The notes beneath the pieces are model-generated. The model saw nothing but the letters and a program-made list of their open reading frames with translations, had not been told where the DNA came from and made no database searches. From an uncultured Muribaculaceae bacterium (lineage in GTDB: Bacteria; Bacillota_I; Bacilli_A; RF39; UBA660), in contig CAYNHT010000004.1 in the NCBI GenBank assembly GCA_964397485.1, positions 7,825 to 71,824 on the forward strand: a stretch of 64,000 nucleotides of DNA. Direction: 5' to 3'. A program made the translations under genes and the position numbers. Below, in pieces: positions 59,544 through 64,000 of the stretch; the first letter of the stretch is position 1, and every line of letters starts with the position of its first letter.

Positions 59544-62500
59544 TAGTCCTCATCCCCTTCCACTAAGTCATCAGATAAATCTGGTTGATCATCATCAGAT
59601 TCATCTAAAACATCATCAAATTCATTTTCAGCATCATCAGCCTCTTCATTGTCAGGCTCATCAGTTTGTTTACTTTTTTCACCTGCTAACAAATTAACAT
59701 CTATGCTTTTTTCAAATTCATCAGTTGTTAGGAAACTATCTTTTTCAGCTTCTTCTAATTCTCTTAGTTCAACATAATTTCCTTCTTGATTCAATACTGT
59801 AATATCAAGACCTAATGCTTGGAATTCTTTAATTAAAACTCTAAACGATTCAGGAACACCAGATTGAGGTATTGGTTGACCTTTTACTAATGCTTCATAA
59901 ACTTTAACACGTCCAATAACATCATCAGATTTGATAGTAATCATTTCTTGTAAAACGTTAGCTGCTCCATATGCATAAAGAGCCCAAACTTCCATTTCTC
60001 CAAATCTTTGTCCACCAAATTGTGCTTTACCACCCAATGGTTGCTGTGTAACTAGTGAGTAAGGACCAGTAGAACGTGCATGTAATTTATCATCAACCAT
60101 GTGATGAAGTTTTATCATATACATAATACCTACGCTGACACGATTATCAAATGCTTCCCCTGTACGACCATCATATAATAAAGCTTTTCCATCTTCGTCT
60201 AAATTAGCTTCTTTCAAAGCATCTATAATTTCTTCACGATCAGCTCCTGAGAATACTGGTGTAGCTACATGAATATTAAGTTGTTTAGCTGCCATACCTA
60301 AATGCATTTCTAGAATTTGTCCAATATTCATACGGCTTGGAACCCCTAGTGGATTAAGTAAAATATCCACAGGTTCACCATTTTCCATATATGGCATATC
60401 CTCTTCTGGTAAGATTAAAGAAATAACACCTTTATTACCATGACGACCAGCCATCTTATCTCCAACTGTAATCTTACGTTTTTGAGCTATATATACTCGA
60501 ACTATTTTTGATACACCTGCAGGAAGTTCATCAGAATCTTCTTTAGTAAATATTTTAACATCATGGACGATACCTTCTCCACCGTGTGGTACACGAAGAG
60601 ATGTATCTCTTACTTCCCTTGTTTTTTCTCCAAAAATAGCATGTAATAATTTTTCTTCACTTGTAAGTTCTGCCATCCCTTTAGGTGTAACCTTACCTAC
60701 TAAAATATCATCATCTTTAACTTCAGTACCAATACGAATGATACCATTCTCATCTAAGTTTTTACGAGCTTCTTCACCTACGTTAGGAATATCTCTTGTA
60801 AACTCTTCAGGTCCTAGTTTAGTATCACGGCACTCAATTTGATAATCTTCAATGTGAATTGATGTATAAACATCATCTTTAACTAAACGTTCACTTAAAA
60901 TAACAGCATCCTCATAGTTATAACCATTGTAATTCATAAATGCTACAGTAATGTTTTTTCCAATAGCCATTTCACCTAAATCAGTACTTGGCCCATCAGC
61001 AATTACCATATCTTTTTTTACAATATCACCATTTTTAACTATAGGAATTTGATGATAACATGTACCATTATTACTTTTTTCAAATCCGTTTAGATAATAT
61101 GTATCTGATCCACCAACTGTTTTTACAACAATCTTACGAGAATCAACATAATCAACAACACCATCAGCATTAGCAATAATAACTGCACCAGAATCTTTAG
61201 CTGCTACAGCTTCAATTCCTGTTCCTACTAACGGAGCCTCTGTTTTTAATAATGGAATGGCTTGACGTTGCATGTTAGCACCCATCAATGCTCTTTTTCC
61301 ATCATCATGTTCCAAGAATGGAATACCACTTGTTGTTATTGAAACAACTTGTTGTGGTGAAACATCGATGTAATCTACTTGCTCTTTATCAACGATAACA
61401 TTTTCACCGCGATAACGAACAGGTACACGTTCTTCGATAATTTCGTCATTTTCATTTATTTCAACTGTTGCTTGTGAAATGTTATAATCTAACTCTTCAT
61501 CAGCAGTCATATATTCGATTTCATCTGTCAATTTACAATTATTTACACGACGATATGGCGTCATAATGAAACCATAGTCATTAACTCTTGCATAACTTGC
61601 TAAAGCTGTAATAAGTCCGATGTTTTGACCTTCTGGTGATTCGATTGGACATAATCTACCATAATGTGATGGATTAACGTCACGAACTTCCATACCAGCA
61701 CGATCACGAGATAATCCCCCTGGCCCTAATGAAGATAAACGACGTTTATTTCCAAGCTCGGCCATCGGATTTGTTTGATCCATGAATTGTGATAATTGAC
61801 TACTACCAAAGAATTCTTTAACAGCTGCAGTCAAAGGTCGAATATTAATTAATGATTTAGGAGTAACATCTGCCATTTCTTGAGTTGACATACGATCTCT
61901 AATTACTCTTTCAATACGACTAACACCAATTCTAAATTGGTTTTGTAATAATTCCCCAACTTGACGAACTCGTCTATTTGATAAATGATCTATTTCATCA
62001 AAATTACCAATACCTTCTAATAAATTTAAATAGTAAGATACTGATGCATAAATATCAGAAATAGTTAATCTCTTAATATCAATTTCACGATCATTTCCAA
62101 TAATATTAACTATTTTTTCTGGGTTTAACTTAGAATACACTTTAATAACTTGAACTTTATTATAAGTATCTAAATCAGGATTAATAGAAACTTCTTTAAC
62201 CCCATAACCATCAGCTAAAATATTTTTTAATTCTCTTAAAATATCTTTTGTAATTAATGTGCCAGCTGGATATAAAACTTCTTTATTAACTTTTATATCT
62301 TCTGCTAGAACACAGTTTAATAAACGATCCGCTACATCTAATTTTTTGTTAAATTTATAACGTCCAACTTTAGCTAAATCATAACGGAATGAATCAAAAA
62401 ATCTTGTAATTAATTGATTTTTAGCACTATCTAAAGTTGATGGTTCTCCTGGACGTAGTTTTGAATGAATATCGATTAAAGCTTCATCGGTATTCTTATT

Positions 62501-63175
62501 TGCATCTTTGTCAAGTGTTCTTCCGATATAATCATCTTCTCCGTATAAGCTAATAATATCTTCATCGTTTGATAAACCAATAGCACGAAGTAATGTAGTA
62601 ACTGGAACTTTTCTTGTTCTATCAATACGAACATAGATGACATCTCTTGCATCTGTTTCATATTCTAGCCAAGTTCCTCTAGTTGGAATAACTTGTGCTG
62701 CTACGACTAAACGACCATTTTTATCTATTTCTTTAACAAAATATACACTTGGAGAACGAACTAATTGTGAAACAATTACTCTTTCTGCCCCGTTGATAAT
62801 AAATGTGCCAGATTCAGTCATGATGGGCATGTCTCCAAGATAAATATCTTGTTCCTTAACTTCCCCTGTCTCTTGATTAAAAAGTCTAGCTGCGACCTTT
62901 AAAGGTGCTGCATAAGTTGCATATCTCTCCTTGCACCCTTTAATTGAATATCTTGGTTCTTCAAAAGAATAGTCACCAAATTCTAACGACAAATTTCCAG
63001 TGAAACTTTCCACTGGAAAAATATCATCAAATACTTCCTTGATTCCATCAGTCATAAACCAATTATATGACTTTTTTTGGATTTCTAGTAAATTACCTAG
63101 TTCAATAGCATTTTTTGTTTTTGCATAACTTCTTCTTTCACGGTGATCACCAAATTTTTTAATTGTATAAGCCAC
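59543..63175 (-). CDS. rpoB: DNA-directed RNA polymerase subunit beta (RpoB). Start re-assigned to GTG at 63175 (M)[18 protein letters not shown] with a GGGGTGA RBS; the ORF-track TTG at 63205 adds 10 residues.
   Basis: ~1210 aa; N-terminal spacing to RERRSYAK matches Bacillus RpoB (MTGQLVQYGRHRQRRSYAR); C-terminal acidic tail; stop overlaps the rpoC start. Confidence 0.95.
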   Translation of the reverse strand: MAYTIKKFGDHRERRSYAKTKNAIELGNLLEIQKKSYNWFMTDGIKEVFDDIFPVESFTGNLSLEFGDYSFEEPRYSIKGCKERYATYAAPLKVAARLFNQETGEVKEQDIYLGDMPIMTESGTFIINGAERVIVSQLVRSPSVYFVKEIDKNGRLVVAAQVIPTRGTWLEYETDARDVIYVRIDRTRKVPVTTLLRAIGLSNDEDIISLYGEDDYIGRTLDKDANKNTDEALIDIHSKLRPGEPSTLDSAKNQLITRFFDSFRYDLAKVGRYKFNKKLDVADRLLNCVLAEDIKVNKEVLYPAGTLITKDILRELKNILADGYGVKEVSINPDLDTYNKVQVIKVYSKLNPEKIVNIIGNDREIDIKRLTISDIYASVSYYLNLLEGIGNFDEIDHLSNRRVRQVGELLQNQFRIGVSRIERVIRDRMSTQEMADVTPKSLINIRPLTAAVKEFFGSSQLSQFMDQTNPMAELGNKRRLSSLGPGGLSRDRAGMEVRDVNPSHYGRLCPIESPEGQNIGLITALASYARVNDYGFIMTPYRRVNNCKLTDEIEYMTADEELDYNISQATVEINENDEIIEERVPVRYRGENVIVDKEQVDYIDVSPQQVVSITTSGIPFLEHDDGKRALMGANMQRQAIPLLKTEAPLVGTGIEAVAAKDSGAVIIANADGVVDYVDSRKIVVKTVGGSDTYYLNGFEKSNNGTCYHQIPIVKNGDIVKKDMVIADGPSTDLGEMAIGKNITVAFMNYNGYNYEDAVILSERLVKDDVYTSIHIEDYQIECRDTKLGPEEFTRDIPNVGEEARKNLDENGIIRIGTEVKDDDILVGKVTPKGMAELTSEEKLLHAIFGEKTREVRDTSLRVPHGGEGIVHDVKIFTKEDSDELPAGVSKIVRVYIAQKRKITVGDKMAGRHGNKGVISLILPEEDMPYMENGEPVDILLNPLGVPSRMNIGQILEMHLGMAAKQLNIHVATPVFSGADREEIIDALKEANLDEDGKALLYDGRTGEAFDNRVSVGIMYMIKLHHMVDDKLHARSTGPYSLVTQQPLGGKAQFGGQRFGEMEVWALYAYGAANVLQEMITIKSDDVIGRVKVYEALVKGQPIPQSGVPESFRVLIKEFQALGLDITVLNQEGNYVELRELEEAEKDSFLTTDEFEKSIDVNLLAGEKSKQTDEPDNEEADDAENEFDDVLDESDDDQPDLSDDLVEGDED

Positions 63176-63272
63176 TCTTTCACCCCTATAAACTATATTT
63201 ACCAAAGAACATAAACTCGATTATAAAGTATATGCCGCCAATTTATAATTTTATCAGTATATATACAAATTG

Positions 63273-63860
63273 TCAATTGTTTCGGGCACAAATTATGTAA
63301 AATCCCTTGATTTTATCAATAATCTGTACACTATATTCTTGTTCTAAATCTTTAACTAATGACTTGGCTCCCTGATCCTTATTGATAACAAGCCATAACT
63401 CGCCGCCACTAACCAAATGATTTTTAGCCTCAAATAGAATTTGATACAATATCTTTTTGCCAATTCTAATCGGTGGATTAGTAACAATAAAATTATATTT
63501 TTCATTAATATTACTGTAAATATCACTCGCAAAAACATTTACATCCACTTTATTTAATAAAGCATTTTTTTTTGCTAAAGCAATACTTCTTTCATTCACA
63601 TCAATCATATCAACTCTAATCTTGGTATTTTTACCCAAATAAATACCGATTGGTCCATAACCACAACCAAAATCTAAAATTTTTCCTTCTAACCTTTCTA
63701 AAGGAATACTTTCTAAAAGTGATCTAGTTCCAAAATCTAGACCCTTTTTAGAAAAAACACCATTATCAGTTAAAAATGAGTAAGATTGGTTATTAATGTC
63801 TACTTTCACTTCTTTCGGTTCACTTGGAAGATTGGAATTGTTTGTAAAATAATGTGCCAT
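63273..63860 (-). CDS. Class I SAM-dependent methyltransferase, RsmC-like small rRNA methyltransferase (Bacillus YbxB homolog, which also sits directly upstream of rpoB).
   Basis: ILDFGCGYGPIG (motif I), VDVNVFASD, TNPPIR (NPP motif); 195 aa. Confidence 0.8.
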   Translation of the reverse strand: MAHYFTNNSNLPSEPKEVKVDINNQSYSFLTDNGVFSKKGLDFGTRSLLESIPLERLEGKILDFGCGYGPIGIYLGKNTKIRVDMIDVNERSIALAKKNALLNKVDVNVFASDIYSNINEKYNFIVTNPPIRIGKKILYQILFEAKNHLVSGGELWLVINKDQGAKSLVKDLEQEYSVQIIDKIKGFYIICARNN

Positions 63861-63932
63861 TTCTACTCCCCTTTTATAGACGGTTAAAGCCCATACTAAA
63901 TTTTTAGTACAGGCTCAAACACATATTATTAA

Positions 63933-64000
63933 TTATTTTAATTCAATAGAAGCTCCAGCTTCTTCAAATTTAGCTTTTAATTCATTAGCTTCGTCAGTTG
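63933..64000 (-). CDS. rplL: 50S ribosomal protein L7/L12, C-terminal fragment (the gene continues beyond the window end).
   Basis: Minus-strand translation ...TDEANELKAKFEEAGASIELK*, the canonical L7/L12 C-terminus. Confidence 0.75.
   Translation of the reverse strand, partial: TDEANELKAKFEEAGASIELK

Noticed and set aside
1-64000. Possibility that this is a TGA=Trp (mycoplasma-code) genome.
   Set aside because: rpoB, rpoC, fusA and pnp translate to full-length proteins with standard stops. TGG-encoded Trp is present in conserved positions, for example SYNWF in RpoB.

Overview
This is AT-rich (roughly 30% GC by eye) chromosomal DNA from a low-GC Firmicute/Erysipelotrichia- or Acholeplasma-like bacterium. 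It uses the standard genetic code: UGA terminates full-length rpoB, rpoC and fusA, and Trp is encoded normally. Almost every gene lies on the minus strand. The core of the window is a canonical Bacillus-type housekeeping backbone. Reading the minus strand 5'->3' it runs rplL (partial) - ybxB-like methyltransferase - rpoB - rpoC - [insertion] - rpsL - rpsG - fusA - tuf, and further on topA, xerC-like, tdk, ppdK, cysK-like, cysS, truB, rpsO and pnp, plus two tRNAs on the plus strand. The striking feature is two tandem arrays of giant proteins (750-870 aa) that all begin with a competence-type class III (type IV prepilin) signal peptide, MKK(R/K/S)G|FTLIELLAVIVIL with Glu at +5. Array A has at least 3 paralogs at 1..6479 (leftmost cut by the window edge); they carry fibronectin-III-like domains and variable C-terminal domains, one of them LamG/ConA-like. 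Array B has 4 paralogs at 45122..55783 built from SBBP-type beta-propeller repeats. Array B, together with an NrtR-like regulator and a small membrane protein, forms an ~11.6 kb block wedged between rpoC and rpsL. Its gene ends and intergenic spacers are nearly identical, and the last copy has an in-frame premature TGA. No prepilin peptidase, pilus ATPase or platform gene is present in the window. Other notable content follows. A split 2-hydroxyacyl-CoA-dehydratase-like/activase operon (13591..16547) has a duplicated ATPase-less gene pair at 35719..37747. Two small protein-kinase-like paralogs sit at 17503..18195 and 27632..28390. A membrane protein carries 4 tandem 71-aa repeats. A protein with a Tam41/Mmp37-like nucleotidyltransferase motif, a FemAB-family transferase, and an unannotated DUF1540-like Cys-rich small ORF (37833..38003) are also present. 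No CRISPR array, transposase or phage genes were seen.
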